IMG/VR virus record: IMGVR_UViG_3300048536_000227 | Reading direction: 5' to 3' (one strand) | Length of the DNA: 64,000 nt | From: an uncultured virus (IMG/VR IMGVR_UViG_3300048536_000227) | Lineage: Duplodnaviria > Heunggongvirae > Uroviricota > Caudoviricetes | Shown: positions 30,533-40,386 of the stretch, in pieces | Position numbering within the stretch: the first letter of the stretch is position 1 | How the letters are laid out: the number at the start of each line of letters is the position of its first letter | The notes under the pieces: model-generated | What the model saw: the letters and a program-made list of their open reading frames with translations, nothing else | What the model was told of the DNA's origin: nothing | Database searches by the model: none | Translations under genes and position numbers: made by a program

Positions 30533-33473
30533 ACAATTTAACGAGTCTATTATAGACATACCAAGAAAAACGTATGCAAAGGCAGTATTTGATAATCCAG
30601 ATACATCTAATCCAGAGTTAAAAGCTTCAGTTAAAAAACAAGTATTAGACGGAATTAAGTCATTTGAAAAATTTGGAAAAATAGTTAAGTATGGTCTTAT
30701 TGGATCAATACTAACAAAACAATATAGAGGTGACGCTGACCTTGATGTTAATATTTTATTTGATATACCTGGTTCAAAAGAAGAACAGGAAAAGATACAT
30801 GAAAAAATAAAAGAACATCAATATGAAATAAATGGTAAAACAATACCAGGCAGTGAACATCCTATAAACTATTTTTCTATCATAGATCCTGCTATATTTG
30901 ATAAGGCAAATAAGATGGCAGATGGTATTTTTGATATCGATAAGAACAAATGGATCAAAAAACCAGAACCAGGCAAGTTTGAACCTGAAAAATATATGGC
31001 GGATTTTCAGAAACGAGTATCTGAAATAGATGTTGTTAAGGGTGAATTGGCAAGAGACATGATTGATTATGAAGAACTAAAAGAACTAGGTAAAGACGAT
31101 ATAGAAAACCTAGAAGGATTAGTTTCTAAAAAGTTAGCTGAGATTAAAGATTCCATTAACACATTAGTTGATATTGGTGCTAAAACTGTTACAGATCGTA
31201 AAGATGCTTTCTTAGCAGATATGTCACCAGACGAAGTAAGAAAATTTGGAGTAAAAAACCGACTTCCTAAAAACGTGATTTATAAGATGTTAGAAAAGTA
31301 TCATTATCTCAAATTCTTTAAAACTTTGGAAGAAATTATGTCGGATGGTAAAATAACACCAGATGAACTTAAATCGTTATCTAAGATTAAAGAAGCCAAA
31401 GGTAGACATATAGCGTTTACCTTTGGCCGATTTAATCCACCTACAATAGGACATGGAAAATTATTACAAAAATTATTTACAGTTAGAGCAGACAATCACT
31501 TTATATTTTTAAGTAGATCGGAAGACTCAGATAAGAACCCATTATCATTTAGAGAGAAGTCAAAAGTTATGAAACAAATGTTTCCTAGATATGCTTCAAA
31601 CATAATAGTAAGTGGTTCAAATAGAGTATTTGATATAGTCACTGATCTTTATAATAAAGGTGCTACAGAATTATCAATGGTTGTTGGTTCAGATAGAGTA
31701 AGAGAATTCGACACCACTATTAAAAAGTATAATGGTGTAAAAAGCAGACATGGTTATTATAACTTTGATAACATTAATATAGTTTCTGCTGGAGAAAGAG
31801 ATCCAGATGCTGACGGCGCTACAGGAATGTCAGCAAGTAAAATGAGAGCAGCTGCTAAATCAAATGATTTAGAGGCATTTAAAAAAGGATTGCCATCTAC
31901 TTTCAGTGACGCTGAAAGTTTACTAAAAAGATTAAGACAAGGCATGAGATTGGCTGCTTCAAACGATCCAGAAATAGAAGAAGGAACATTAAAGTTTAAA
32001 CCATTTATAACTGCTTCTACAAAAGAGGAGTTAGAAAATATGATTATAAGAGACAAGTATTTAACAGAGCATTTATATGATGTAGGAGACATTGTTGATG
32101 ATGTTGAAAATAAAGTTACAGGAGTTATCGTAAGACGAGGAACAAACTATGTAACACTTGAAGATGTTGATAATAAATTGCATAAGTCATGGTTATTTAA
32201 TATCATTGAATCGCCTGTTTATCCTAGAGAATTAGACGAGTCGGCAAGAAAATTAAAATACGACAAAGAGACAGATCAACCTAAAAAATATGTTGCTGGT
32301 TTATCAGACAAAGAGAAGAAGTCACACGACAGACATTTAGAAAAACAAGGCAAAAAATCTGATGATGATAAAAGTGCTTACAAACAATCGCCAGCAGATA
32401 AAGTTGCTAAAACTAAACCAAGTGTTCATACAAAGAAATTCAAACAAATGTATGGTGAACTTAAAACTGAAAAAGAACCACAAAAAAGAGGTGATGAATT
32501 TGTAGATACTGGATTGCCTGAAAGTTATGAAATAGGCCATGATTATGCAAAATACACTTCATCTATAACCCCAGGTCAAAAAAATTATGACCCTAAATTT
32601 CAAGGTGGATCATACAAACCAAGTGAACCTAAAAACAACTTAATCAACGTTAATGCTGATAAAAAAGTTGATTTAAAAGATATTGAAGAATGGATAAGTG
32701 ACAGTGAAACAATAGATAAATATAAAGAAAGATACGGCGAAGATTGGCAAACTAAGTTAGACGAAGTATATAATAAGATGTTTAACAAAGTTGTGGATAC
32801 TAGTGAAAACAGTTACACAACAAAAGTCAAAGACGTTAAAGGTGATTTGAAAACAATGCCTGAAGAAGACTTTGAAAGTAAATACAAAAAGTCTAAATCA
32901 GAAATGAAAATAGATGTAGGTGGAGATGATATGAAATTAAGAAGTTTTAAAGAATATGCTAATGTAAATGAGGCAATAGATTATCATTTACAAATGAATG
33001 TTCCTATTTGTGAGAACATTTTTAGACATAATTCATCAGCATTCTTTGAGTTTTATAACAGACTTAGAGAAAAAGTTGAAAAAGAAAAAATTGAATTATC
33101 TGTTGAAGACAAAGAGTTTTTAAATACAGATATTGGAACCTTTGGATTATTTGAAGGCAATGAAGTTGCTTTAGATTGTCCAATGCTTGATGAAGAGGAT
33201 GAGAAAAATCCTCCAATAGGTAAACCAAAACGAGGCGGACCTAAAAAGTTTTATGTCTATGTAAAAGATGGAGATAAAGTTAAAAAGGTCACATGGGGTG
33301 ATACATCAGGATTATCAGTTAAGATGAATGATCCTGAGGCAAGAAAAAGTTTTGCTGCTAGACACCAATGTTCTACACAAAAAGATAGAACAACGGCTGC
33401 ATATTGGGCATGTAACACACCAAGATATGCTAAACAGTTAGGTTTATCTGGTGGTGGAAGTTTTTTCTGGTAA
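30519..33473 (+). CDS. Multidomain protein: Pol-beta-type NTase + HIGH-family cytidylyltransferase-like domain + further modules
   Basis: GSILTKQYRGDADLDV (GS...DxD), FGRFNPPTIGH, VVGSDRV, GMSASKMR; C-terminal KKFYVYV...SFAARHQC module. Confidence 0.75.
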   Translation: MKSFKQFNESIIDIPRKTYAKAVFDNPDTSNPELKASVKKQVLDGIKSFEKFGKIVKYGLIGSILTKQYRGDADLDVNILFDIPGSKEEQEKIHEKIKEHQYEINGKTIPGSEHPINYFSIIDPAIFDKANKMADGIFDIDKNKWIKKPEPGKFEPEKYMADFQKRVSEIDVVKGELARDMIDYEELKELGKDDIENLEGLVSKKLAEIKDSINTLVDIGAKTVTDRKDAFLADMSPDEVRKFGVKNRLPKNVIYKMLEKYHYLKFFKTLEEIMSDGKITPDELKSLSKIKEAKGRHIAFTFGRFNPPTIGHGKLLQKLFTVRADNHFIFLSRSEDSDKNPLSFREKSKVMKQMFPRYASNIIVSGSNRVFDIVTDLYNKGATELSMVVGSDRVREFDTTIKKYNGVKSRHGYYNFDNINIVSAGERDPDADGATGMSASKMRAAAKSNDLEAFKKGLPSTFSDAESLLKRLRQGMRLAASNDPEIEEGTLKFKPFITASTKEELENMIIRDKYLTEHLYDVGDIVDDVENKVTGVIVRRGTNYVTLEDVDNKLHKSWLFNIIESPVYPRELDESARKLKYDKETDQPKKYVAGLSDKEKKSHDRHLEKQGKKSDDDKSAYKQSPADKVAKTKPSVHTKKFKQMYGELKTEKEPQKRGDEFVDTGLPESYEIGHDYAKYTSSITPGQKNYDPKFQGGSYKPSEPKNNLINVNADKKVDLKDIEEWISDSETIDKYKERYGEDWQTKLDEVYNKMFNKVVDTSENSYTTKVKDVKGDLKTMPEEDFESKYKKSKSEMKIDVGGDDMKLRSFKEYANVNEAIDYHLQMNVPICENIFRHNSSAFFEFYNRLREKVEKEKIELSVEDKEFLNTDIGTFGLFEGNEVALDCPMLDEEDEKNPPIGKPKRGGPKKFYVYVKDGDKVKKVTWGDTSGLSVKMNDPEARKSFAARHQCSTQKDRTTAAYWACNTPRYAKQLGLSGGGSFFW

Positions 33474-33476
33474 GTT

Positions 33477-33767
33477 ATGAGTAAACCATATGATGATATA
33501 GTGATTGAAGAAAACCATTTTATAAGAACTATTGACAATACTGCCGATAATTCAGAAATGGAAATGGTTTGGCATAGAGATAGAGCAGACCGAAAGGTAG
33601 TTGCTTTAGAAGGTGATGAATGGTATTTACAAATGGATAATGAAATGCCTCAACTTATAGAATTAAATAAACCGATGCATATTAAAAAGGGTGTGTATCA
33701 TAGAGTAATAAGAGGAAAACAAAAATTAAAACTAGAAATTTGGGAAAGTAACCATGACAAAATATAG
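33477..33767 (+). CDS. Cupin-like protein
   Basis: WHRD...IKKGVYHRVI. Confidence 0.65.
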   Translation: MSKPYDDIVIEENHFIRTIDNTADNSEMEMVWHRDRADRKVVALEGDEWYLQMDNEMPQLIELNKPMHIKKGVYHRVIRGKQKLKLEIWESNHDKI

Positions 33768-34722
33768 AACAAGTTGGCAAGAAATAATGGAGAGTGTAAA
33801 CGAAAGTCAAACCGTTTATGTTGCAAGATGGACATCTAAACAGGATGGCAAAAGATATGCATCTCCTTTTAAAACACAACCAGATGCTGATAAAAGAGCA
33901 AAAGAATTAAAATCACAAGGTAACAGAAATATATCTGTAACGAAAGACACTTTAAGGGCAAACGTTAAATGGAAAAAAGATGGGTCTCCTGATATAAAAG
34001 GAATGCAAGAAGAAGTGCTAGACGAGGCAGTTTCAAAACAAAGATTGGATCAATTAAAAAGGTCTTGGGCTTCTATCAAAACAATGACACCTTCAAAGAT
34101 TAATGACTTGAAAAAGTTTTTAGAAAAACAATCATCAGACGTGTTATTACAACTAAGTCAATATGGCATTAACTTTGTTTCTCACATGGCAACATCTGTA
34201 TTGAAAAAAAGAAAACCTGGATCAATGGCACATGCTGGTTCTCACAAAACATATGATTTAAAAATGAGTGAGGCAGTATCATCAGAGAAAAATCCAGAAG
34301 CAAAATTTAAAGATGCTAGAGATGATATTTCAAAATCACAACAAGAATTAGATAAGTTAGATAAATCTAATCCTGACAATAGACAACAAGTTGAACTAGG
34401 TCAGAAAGAAATAGAAGTGCAAAAGTTAAAACTTAAGCACGACATAGATAAAGAAAAAGAAAAACAATTAACTCGTTCTGAACAATTCTTAGAACAGATT
34501 GAAGGTTTAAAAAAGAAAGCTGAAAAATCTGGTATGCCATATTCAATATTAAAACAAGTTTATAATAGAGGAATGGCCGCATGGAAAGGTGGTCATAGAC
34601 CAGGAACAACACCTCAACAATGGGCTTTTGCAAGGGTGAACAGTTTTATAACTAAGTCAAGTGGAACTTGGGGCAAAGCAGATTCAGATTTGGCTGATAA
34701 AGTAAGAGGAAGTAAAGACTAG
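33754..34722 (+). CDS. Hypothetical, probable head-internal protein
   Basis: C-terminal LKKKAEKSG...VYNRGMAAW...QWAFARVNSF domain; several L/I-x-E sites. Confidence 0.6.
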   Translation: MTKYRTSWQEIMESVNESQTVYVARWTSKQDGKRYASPFKTQPDADKRAKELKSQGNRNISVTKDTLRANVKWKKDGSPDIKGMQEEVLDEAVSKQRLDQLKRSWASIKTMTPSKINDLKKFLEKQSSDVLLQLSQYGINFVSHMATSVLKKRKPGSMAHAGSHKTYDLKMSEAVSSEKNPEAKFKDARDDISKSQQELDKLDKSNPDNRQQVELGQKEIEVQKLKLKHDIDKEKEKQLTRSEQFLEQIEGLKKKAEKSGMPYSILKQVYNRGMAAWKGGHRPGTTPQQWAFARVNSFITKSSGTWGKADSDLADKVRGSKD

Positions 34723-34731
34723 GAGAAAACA

Positions 34732-35727
34732 ATGGATAAAAAATATTTTGAAACAAAACAGGGCAGCTTAGAAGATGTATCCACAAAGATCGCTAAAGAG
34801 CAGCCAACAATAACAAAACCAGAAACAAAAGTAAAACTAACAGCAGAAAAAAATTACTTTGAGAATAAACCAGGTTCGATTTCAGACATTGCTGCTAAGA
34901 TTGTAAGTGAAGCAATTGATTCAGTAAACAAAGATGCTGTTAAAAAAGATTTTACAGATAGAAAAGATAAAGACCTTGATAACGATGGTGATACAGATTC
35001 ATCAGACGAATACTTGCATAAAAAAAGACAGGCAATTTCTAAAAATATGAAAGAAAGTAAAGCTGATTTCCTTCGTTTAAACTTTGCAAATAACCAAACT
35101 GTTAAAAAAGCAGAAAAATGGTTATATAACAATATGGGTCATTCTAATCCAGGATATACAAGTATAATTGCTGATAAAAATTCTATTGAGTTTAAAGATA
35201 TGAATGATGCTGATAGTGTTATGACAAAACTCAAAAGAGCAGGATTCAATTTTAAAGTAGATATGAGAGAAAGCAAAGCATACATGTTATCTTATGGCAA
35301 AAAAGGTGAAAAGGCAAAATTCTTTTATGGTGATACTATGTCAGTTATTCAAAACAAAGCACAAGAATTAAGAAAACAAGGTATCGTTGTTGATAAAATG
35401 GGTAGAACTGAACCAACTCATAAGTTAAGACAAACTATTGAGGCAGTAAATCCAGATGATGCTGGTGAAAAAATAAATGATAAGAAAAAAGAACTTGCTA
35501 AAAAAGGTGAGAAGTCTGTTATTAAACCTTTACAAGAATTAGAAAAAGAGTGTCCTCAATGTCAAGGTAAAGGATGTGACCATTGTGATGACAAAGGAAC
35601 TCATACTGTAAAAGAAAATAAAAAGACATTTAAAGAGATTCGAATACAGGCTGGTGAAGGTCCAAAAACTGATACAGGTAAAAAAACTGCTGTAATAGAT
35701 ACTGAACCATCAACAAAACCAATATAA
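34732..35727 (+). CDS. Hypothetical protein with a DxDxDG loop and CxxCxGxGCxxC motif
   Basis: DKDLDNDGDTDSSDEYLH; CPQCQGKGCDHC; internal repeat YFExKxGS. Confidence 0.6.
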   Translation: MDKKYFETKQGSLEDVSTKIAKEQPTITKPETKVKLTAEKNYFENKPGSISDIAAKIVSEAIDSVNKDAVKKDFTDRKDKDLDNDGDTDSSDEYLHKKRQAISKNMKESKADFLRLNFANNQTVKKAEKWLYNNMGHSNPGYTSIIADKNSIEFKDMNDADSVMTKLKRAGFNFKVDMRESKAYMLSYGKKGEKAKFFYGDTMSVIQNKAQELRKQGIVVDKMGRTEPTHKLRQTIEAVNPDDAGEKINDKKKELAKKGEKSVIKPLQELEKECPQCQGKGCDHCDDKGTHTVKENKKTFKEIRIQAGEGPKTDTGKKTAVIDTEPSTKPI

Positions 35728-35797
35728 AAAGTGCGTCAGAATAGCGCTTGACAAACACGCTCATATATGATAGTATATGAGTATGAAAACAAACACT

Positions 35798-36283
35798 ATG
35801 AATAAAATAATATATTGTGATATGGATGGTGTTCTTGCAGACTTTAAAAAAGGTGCTGAAAGAGCAACTAAAATGTCAATCAAACAATGGATGAATATCC
35901 CTTCTTCAAAAGAGAAGTGGAGACCTATTATAGAAATGCCTAATTTCTGGTCTTCTCTTCCTTGGATGCCAGGAGGGCAAAAATTATGGAGTTATATCTC
36001 TAAATTTAATCCACACATACTAAGTGCATATGTTGAGGAAGAATTTGACCCTAACTGTATACCAGGCAAAAGAGAATGGTTAAGAAGAAATACAGGATTG
36101 TCAAGTCCTCAAAGAGTTAATTTAGTTAAAAGAAAAGAAAAAAAACAATTTTCTAAAAAAAATGCTATCCTAATAGATGATTATCAAAAAAACGTTGATG
36201 AATTTACTAGATCAGGTGGTATTGGTATCTATCATACAGACACATCAAAAACAATCTCCCAACTCAAAAGACTAGGATTTTAA
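35798..36283 (+). CDS. HAD-family 5'(3')-deoxyribonucleotidase-like protein
   Basis: IYCDMDGVLADF, LIDD; promoter TTGACA-N17-TAGTAT at 35748-35776; alternative start at 35777. Confidence 0.8.
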   Translation: MNKIIYCDMDGVLADFKKGAERATKMSIKQWMNIPSSKEKWRPIIEMPNFWSSLPWMPGGQKLWSYISKFNPHILSAYVEEEFDPNCIPGKREWLRRNTGLSSPQRVNLVKRKEKKQFSKKNAILIDDYQKNVDEFTRSGGIGIYHTDTSKTISQLKRLGF

Positions 36284-36286
36284 TCT

Positions 36287-36294
36287 TATAAATA
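36287..36294 (+). promoter_or_regulatory. T4-type late promoter
   Basis: Exact TATAAATA in the intergenic region. Confidence 0.65.
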
Positions 36295-36362
36295 GTCTAG
36301 TGTAAAACACGGTATAAATTTATATCAAAAATTGAGTACCTTTAACTAAGGGAGAGAATAAT

Positions 36363-36644
36363 ATGTCAAGTTGGGGAAAAACAGACGCTGCTGGATCAGC
36401 ACCTTTATGGGCTACAGCACATGTAAATCAAGCGCCAACAAGTACGAATGCTTCGGACTTGTTTGAGAATAATACGCTTCCATTACCATATTTTAGTGAT
36501 ATGTTCGTGGCACTATTTAACTACACTTCAAGTGAAGTACCAGCTGGTGCTCACCAAGGGTGGGTTTTAACAAAGACATTTACAGGTGGAAGATCAGGCA
36601 GATCACACCATGAGACACTTGTTGCATTAACAAGTAACTCGTAG
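36363..36644 (+). CDS. Probable small virion protein
   Basis: MSSWGKTD...HQGWV...GRSGRSHHETLVAL; follows a late promoter. Confidence 0.55.
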   Translation: MSSWGKTDAAGSAPLWATAHVNQAPTSTNASDLFENNTLPLPYFSDMFVALFNYTSSEVPAGAHQGWVLTKTFTGGRSGRSHHETLVALTSNS

Positions 36645-36658
36645 TAAATAAAATAACA

Positions 36659-36683
36659 TAGGGGTCGCTTTGGCGGCCCTTAT
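36659..36683. terminator. GC-rich hairpin
   Basis: AGGGGTCGC-TTTG-GCGGCCCTT. Confidence 0.55.
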
Positions 36684-36753
36684 ATATATTAACAACGTGA
36701 TGTAGGAATATACCTACAATAGCATTCCCGAAAGGGTTTATAGGAGAATAAAA

Positions 36754-37206
36754 ATGGCAGATAAAAAAATAACACAATTAACGGATTTAGGTGATTCACT
36801 GGCATCCGTAGATTTATTTCATGTAGTGGATGATCCATCAGGAACACCAATCAATAAGAAAATTGCAGCTGAAGATGTTTTCAATAACATTCCTAGTTAC
36901 TTAGGACTATCACAAACTAGTCAATCGTTAACTATGGATAGTTCATCACAAGTTGCAGATGTAACTTCGGCAATAACTGAACTTAACGCTGCTTCGGCAC
37001 CAGGAACAGTTACACTTGCTGACGGAACTAATGGGCAAATTAAAACTATCCTAATTACAACTGGATCAAATGCAGTAACAATAACACCATCTAATTTATC
37101 AGGACATACTTCGGTAGTTCTAAATGCTTTAGGTCAGTCTGTTACATTAATGTTCAAGTCTTCAAACTGGAACATTGTTGCTGGGCATGATTACACAGCA
37201 GTATAA
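36754..37206 (+). CDS. Probable virion structural protein
   Basis: MADKKITQLT N-terminus; S/T-rich with TLADGTNGQIK; strong SD. Confidence 0.55.
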   Translation: MADKKITQLTDLGDSLASVDLFHVVDDPSGTPINKKIAAEDVFNNIPSYLGLSQTSQSLTMDSSSQVADVTSAITELNAASAPGTVTLADGTNGQIKTILITTGSNAVTITPSNLSGHTSVVLNALGQSVTLMFKSSNWNIVAGHDYTAV

Positions 37207-37221
37207 TTTTAGGAGTTAATT

Positions 37222-37476
37222 ATGATAGATAAGGCAAAACTTGAAAGTGAAAAGGCAACTTTGCAAAAAGATTATTCAGAGTTGTCTAATAAAATTGCTA
37301 CCTTTGAAAAATCTTTGTTCAGTATGAAAAACAATTTACATGCTGTTCATGGTGCAATTCAACAAGTAGATAAATTTTTAAAAGATTTTGATGATGAAAA
37401 AAAAGTATTATTACAGGAGGGAGAACGTAGTGGTGAAAAACAAGATTACAAAGTCACATACAGTTTCGACGGATAA
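37222..37476 (+). CDS. Coiled-coil hypothetical protein (tail-fibre chaperone-like)
   Basis: Heptad pattern, LHAVHGAIQ; AGGAG SD. Confidence 0.5.
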   Translation: MIDKAKLESEKATLQKDYSELSNKIATFEKSLFSMKNNLHAVHGAIQQVDKFLKDFDDEKKVLLQEGERSGEKQDYKVTYSFDG

Positions 37477-37642
37477 TTTTTTATCTGATCTTGCTGATAA
37501 TACACCAAATGATAAACAATTTGAGGGAGTGCAATTAGAAGATAATTCTGAAGATTATGAATTGCAAGAAGTTGAAGAAGATTTATCAGGTGGTATAACA
37601 TTTAAGTATTTAAAAAAAGAAGTAACGGAGAAAAAGAAATGA
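37430..37642 (+). CDS. Acidic hypothetical protein
   Basis: ORF track 37388..37642; GTG after GGAGG preferred as start. Confidence 0.4.
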   Translation: MVKNKITKSHTVSTDNFLSDLADNTPNDKQFEGVQLEDNSEDYELQEVEEDLSGGITFKYLKKEVTEKKK

Positions 37643-38073
37643 AAACTTTTAGACAACACATTAAAGAAGGTGGACAAATGGGTGTTGGAACAACTTCACA
37701 CCATGACTCAGTAGAGAATGGTAGTGTAGGAGTTCATAACATACATGAACCTGCTATAATGCAAAGAGTTAACGCATTTGTTGGTGCTGTTGCTGATAGA
37801 GAATATATTAAACCCGAAGGCGCTCTTGCTGATTTAGAAGAAAAATTAGGAAGACTTGGTATCGGTTTTAAATCACCTATCAACATAGTAGGCAAAAACG
37901 GAAACTTTAAAACTGAATTGACACAACACGGCGGACGTTTTGGTAAAGATACTGACGGCTCTGATATTAATGATGATGGTATAACACATAGAACAGGTAA
38001 AGCATTAACATTAAAAGGAAAATATGAGACGTTAGAGAACGGCGCTGTAAGAGTATATGCAGAGCTTGGCTAA
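37639..38073 (+). CDS. Hypothetical protein with capsid-targeting-like N-terminus
   Basis: MKTFRQHIKE N-terminus. Confidence 0.6.
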   Translation: MKTFRQHIKEGGQMGVGTTSHHDSVENGSVGVHNIHEPAIMQRVNAFVGAVADREYIKPEGALADLEEKLGRLGIGFKSPINIVGKNGNFKTELTQHGGRFGKDTDGSDINDDGITHRTGKALTLKGKYETLENGAVRVYAELG

Positions 38074-38435
38074 TGTTTACACAGATAACGAGTAAAAATT
38101 GGCTGTTTTATGCCATAAAAAACTATAATATTCCTAATCTGGATACAGAGCAGGAATTTTATGAAGATATAAAACGATTTAAGTATATTAAACGTTTATT
38201 TCGAAAGTTTAAGTCAACAGGTGAGTTAAAAACTAGACTTATACTTAATCATATAATAGTTTTAAATAATGTATTTGGAAATGAAGCAGCTTCAACACTG
38301 CTACTGTTTAAGATAGAAAGAGAGTTTTGGCCTTTATTAAAAACTTTTTTGATATTCTTAAATAATATAAAAGATGAGGAGTTACCATTAGTGAAAACTA
38401 ACAAGACTCTGTTATTAAGTTTGGAGAAAATATAA
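38073..38435 (+). CDS. Conserved T4-like hypothetical protein
   Basis: EFYEDIKRFKYIKRL, RLILNHIIVLNNVFG. Confidence 0.7.
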   Translation: MFTQITSKNWLFYAIKNYNIPNLDTEQEFYEDIKRFKYIKRLFRKFKSTGELKTRLILNHIIVLNNVFGNEAASTLLLFKIEREFWPLLKTFLIFLNNIKDEELPLVKTNKTLLLSLEKI

Positions 38436-39025
38436 TGGGAAGAGCAATAGACCTTTTAATTACATATAGAGTTATTAAGTTATTAGTAACTCCATGGGAA
38501 AAACATGACGCTTATAAGTTAGGCATTATCGATGACACAGGTAAAGTAATAAGAAAAGCAAAAACACTAAAAACTAGTGAAGAAAAGAAATCTTATACTT
38601 TATTACATAGATTTGTTTTTAATTTAAAAAGACTTATAGGAATAGTTCCTGGTGGTAAATCAAAACTAGGATCATATGCTGCCGCTTTAGGGTTATTATT
38701 AAAAGAAGAAAAAGAAATAAATTCTGTTGAGTTAGAAAAAGATTTATACAAACATCTTAGAGAAAATAACTTAATAGCATTAGATGATACATTGAATGAA
38801 AATGTTGGTTATGATTATCTACCTAAGTCTAAGTTCTTAATGATTGATGAACTAAGAGATTTAGAAGATAATGTTATCGCTGAAGTTGGCGATGTGGTTG
38901 AAAATATAGTAGATCAAAAACCGATAGACAAATACTTTGGTGTAAATTTATATAAAGTTATAAATGAAGATACACAAAATACAATTGTTGTATCGGAAGA
39001 TAACATAGAGAGGATAAAATTCTAA
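38435..39025 (+). CDS. Conserved T4-like hypothetical protein
   Basis: AYKLGIID..G, HRFVFNLKRL, SYAAAL.LLKE. Confidence 0.7.
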   Translation: MGRAIDLLITYRVIKLLVTPWEKHDAYKLGIIDDTGKVIRKAKTLKTSEEKKSYTLLHRFVFNLKRLIGIVPGGKSKLGSYAAALGLLLKEEKEINSVELEKDLYKHLRENNLIALDDTLNENVGYDYLPKSKFLMIDELRDLEDNVIAEVGDVVENIVDQKPIDKYFGVNLYKVINEDTQNTIVVSEDNIERIKF

Positions 39026-39690
39026 TGAAATCATTTAAGAACTGGTTTGAATCTTGTTGGGATGGATATAAACAAGTTGGTATGAAGAAAAAAGGTGACA
39101 AGATGGTACCAGATTGTGTGCCTGAAGAAGCACCAGCAAATTCAGTTGGTTCTGGTAATATTGCAGGAGTAGGAGTTGGACCTGATGGTGAACCAGGTGT
39201 TATGCCTGGCGCTGCTAACGTGTATAAGAAAAAGAACAAAGATGAATTTAAACAAAGATTATCTCAATTTCTAACTAAATTTAAAACTGTAAAAGAAGAT
39301 AACGATACAAAAGTTTTAGAGATAGCACAACAGATACAAGATGATGAGAAAGTCTATTCAAAACAAATAGAACCTATTTTAAAAAATCTAAGTAGAAAAA
39401 AAGTTAAAGACGAATATAACGAAGAAGAGGCAACAAAATTATTCAGATATGTTGTGGATAATAAAGTAAGAGAAGTTGCTAGAAACTCTAATATGAATAG
39501 TAGAATGATTCCTGGTACAGTAAGAAATGAAGTTGCAACAAAACTACTTTCATCGTATAGTAAAAAGATTGATGAATATGTTGACACATATAGCCCAATG
39601 GCATCTATGGGATCGCAAGGGCAATTTCACCCTACTGGAAAAAGACGAGTAGTGGTAAACGCAGAAAACGAAAAAAACAAAAAGGACTAA
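39025..39690 (+). CDS. Hypothetical protein with capsid-targeting-like N-terminus
   Basis: MKSFKNWFE; CWDGYKQVGMKKKG..VPDCVP; EEAPANSVG. Confidence 0.6.
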   Translation: MKSFKNWFESCWDGYKQVGMKKKGDKMVPDCVPEEAPANSVGSGNIAGVGVGPDGEPGVMPGAANVYKKKNKDEFKQRLSQFLTKFKTVKEDNDTKVLEIAQQIQDDEKVYSKQIEPILKNLSRKKVKDEYNEEEATKLFRYVVDNKVREVARNSNMNSRMIPGTVRNEVATKLLSSYSKKIDEYVDTYSPMASMGSQGQFHPTGKRRVVVNAENEKNKKD

Positions 39691-39692
39691 CT

Positions 39693-40274
39693 ATGGAACT
39701 ATTAATAGCTTTGGCAATGAAATTTTGGCAATGGTCATTGTTGATACTACTTGTAATAGTAGGGTTTGTTATAAACTTATTAGACAAAAAGAAAGTTAAT
39801 ATAAAATTCTCTTATGAAGAATTACCACACTTACAACCAGTAAAGATTTCCACAAAGGGAAAAGGATTCTGGAAAGGTATAATTATGTGGTTAACTTCAA
39901 CAAGAAATTGGGTTATTACTAAAGATTGGAAATATAAACTTAACGGTGTTAATTATGTAATACCAGCAGGTTTTCAATTTGATGGTGCAAGTATACCTAA
40001 GTTTTTGAGAACATTTTTTTCACCTGTCGGTGTATTACTAATAGGTGGACTAGTGCATGATTACATGTACAAATACACTGCTTGCAAACCAGCAAGTAAA
40101 AAGAACGCATTATTAATAGTAAATCAAAAGAAGGCAGATCAAATCTTTAGAGATATTAATATTGGTGTAAATGGATTTTATCTTATGAATTACTTAGCAT
40201 ACTGGTCATTAAGACTAGGCGGCTTTGTTGCGTGGAATGGTCATAGAAAAAGAAACGCTAAAATAGGAGACTAA
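39693..40274 (+). CDS. DUF1353-family protein with N-terminal TM segment
   Basis: IPAGFQFDGASIP, LVHDYMY, ADQIF. Confidence 0.75.
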   Translation: MELLIALAMKFWQWSLLILLVIVGFVINLLDKKKVNIKFSYEELPHLQPVKISTKGKGFWKGIIMWLTSTRNWVITKDWKYKLNGVNYVIPAGFQFDGASIPKFLRTFFSPVGVLLIGGLVHDYMYKYTACKPASKKNALLIVNQKKADQIFRDINIGVNGFYLMNYLAYWSLRLGGFVAWNGHRKRNAKIGD

Positions 40275-40275
40275 T

Positions 40276-40386
40276 ATGTTTTTAACATTAGGATTAATTA
40301 TAGGATTTATACTAGGTTGGTATGTAAACGAGAAGTTTGAAGACTTAGTTGAAATGTCTAACAAACTAAAGTTTTGGAAAAAATAA
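40276..40386 (+). CDS. Small membrane peptide (36 aa)
   Basis: Manual ORF MFLTLGLIIGFILGWYVNE...* with AGGAG SD. Confidence 0.55.
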   Translation: MFLTLGLIIGFILGWYVNEKFEDLVEMSNKLKFWKK

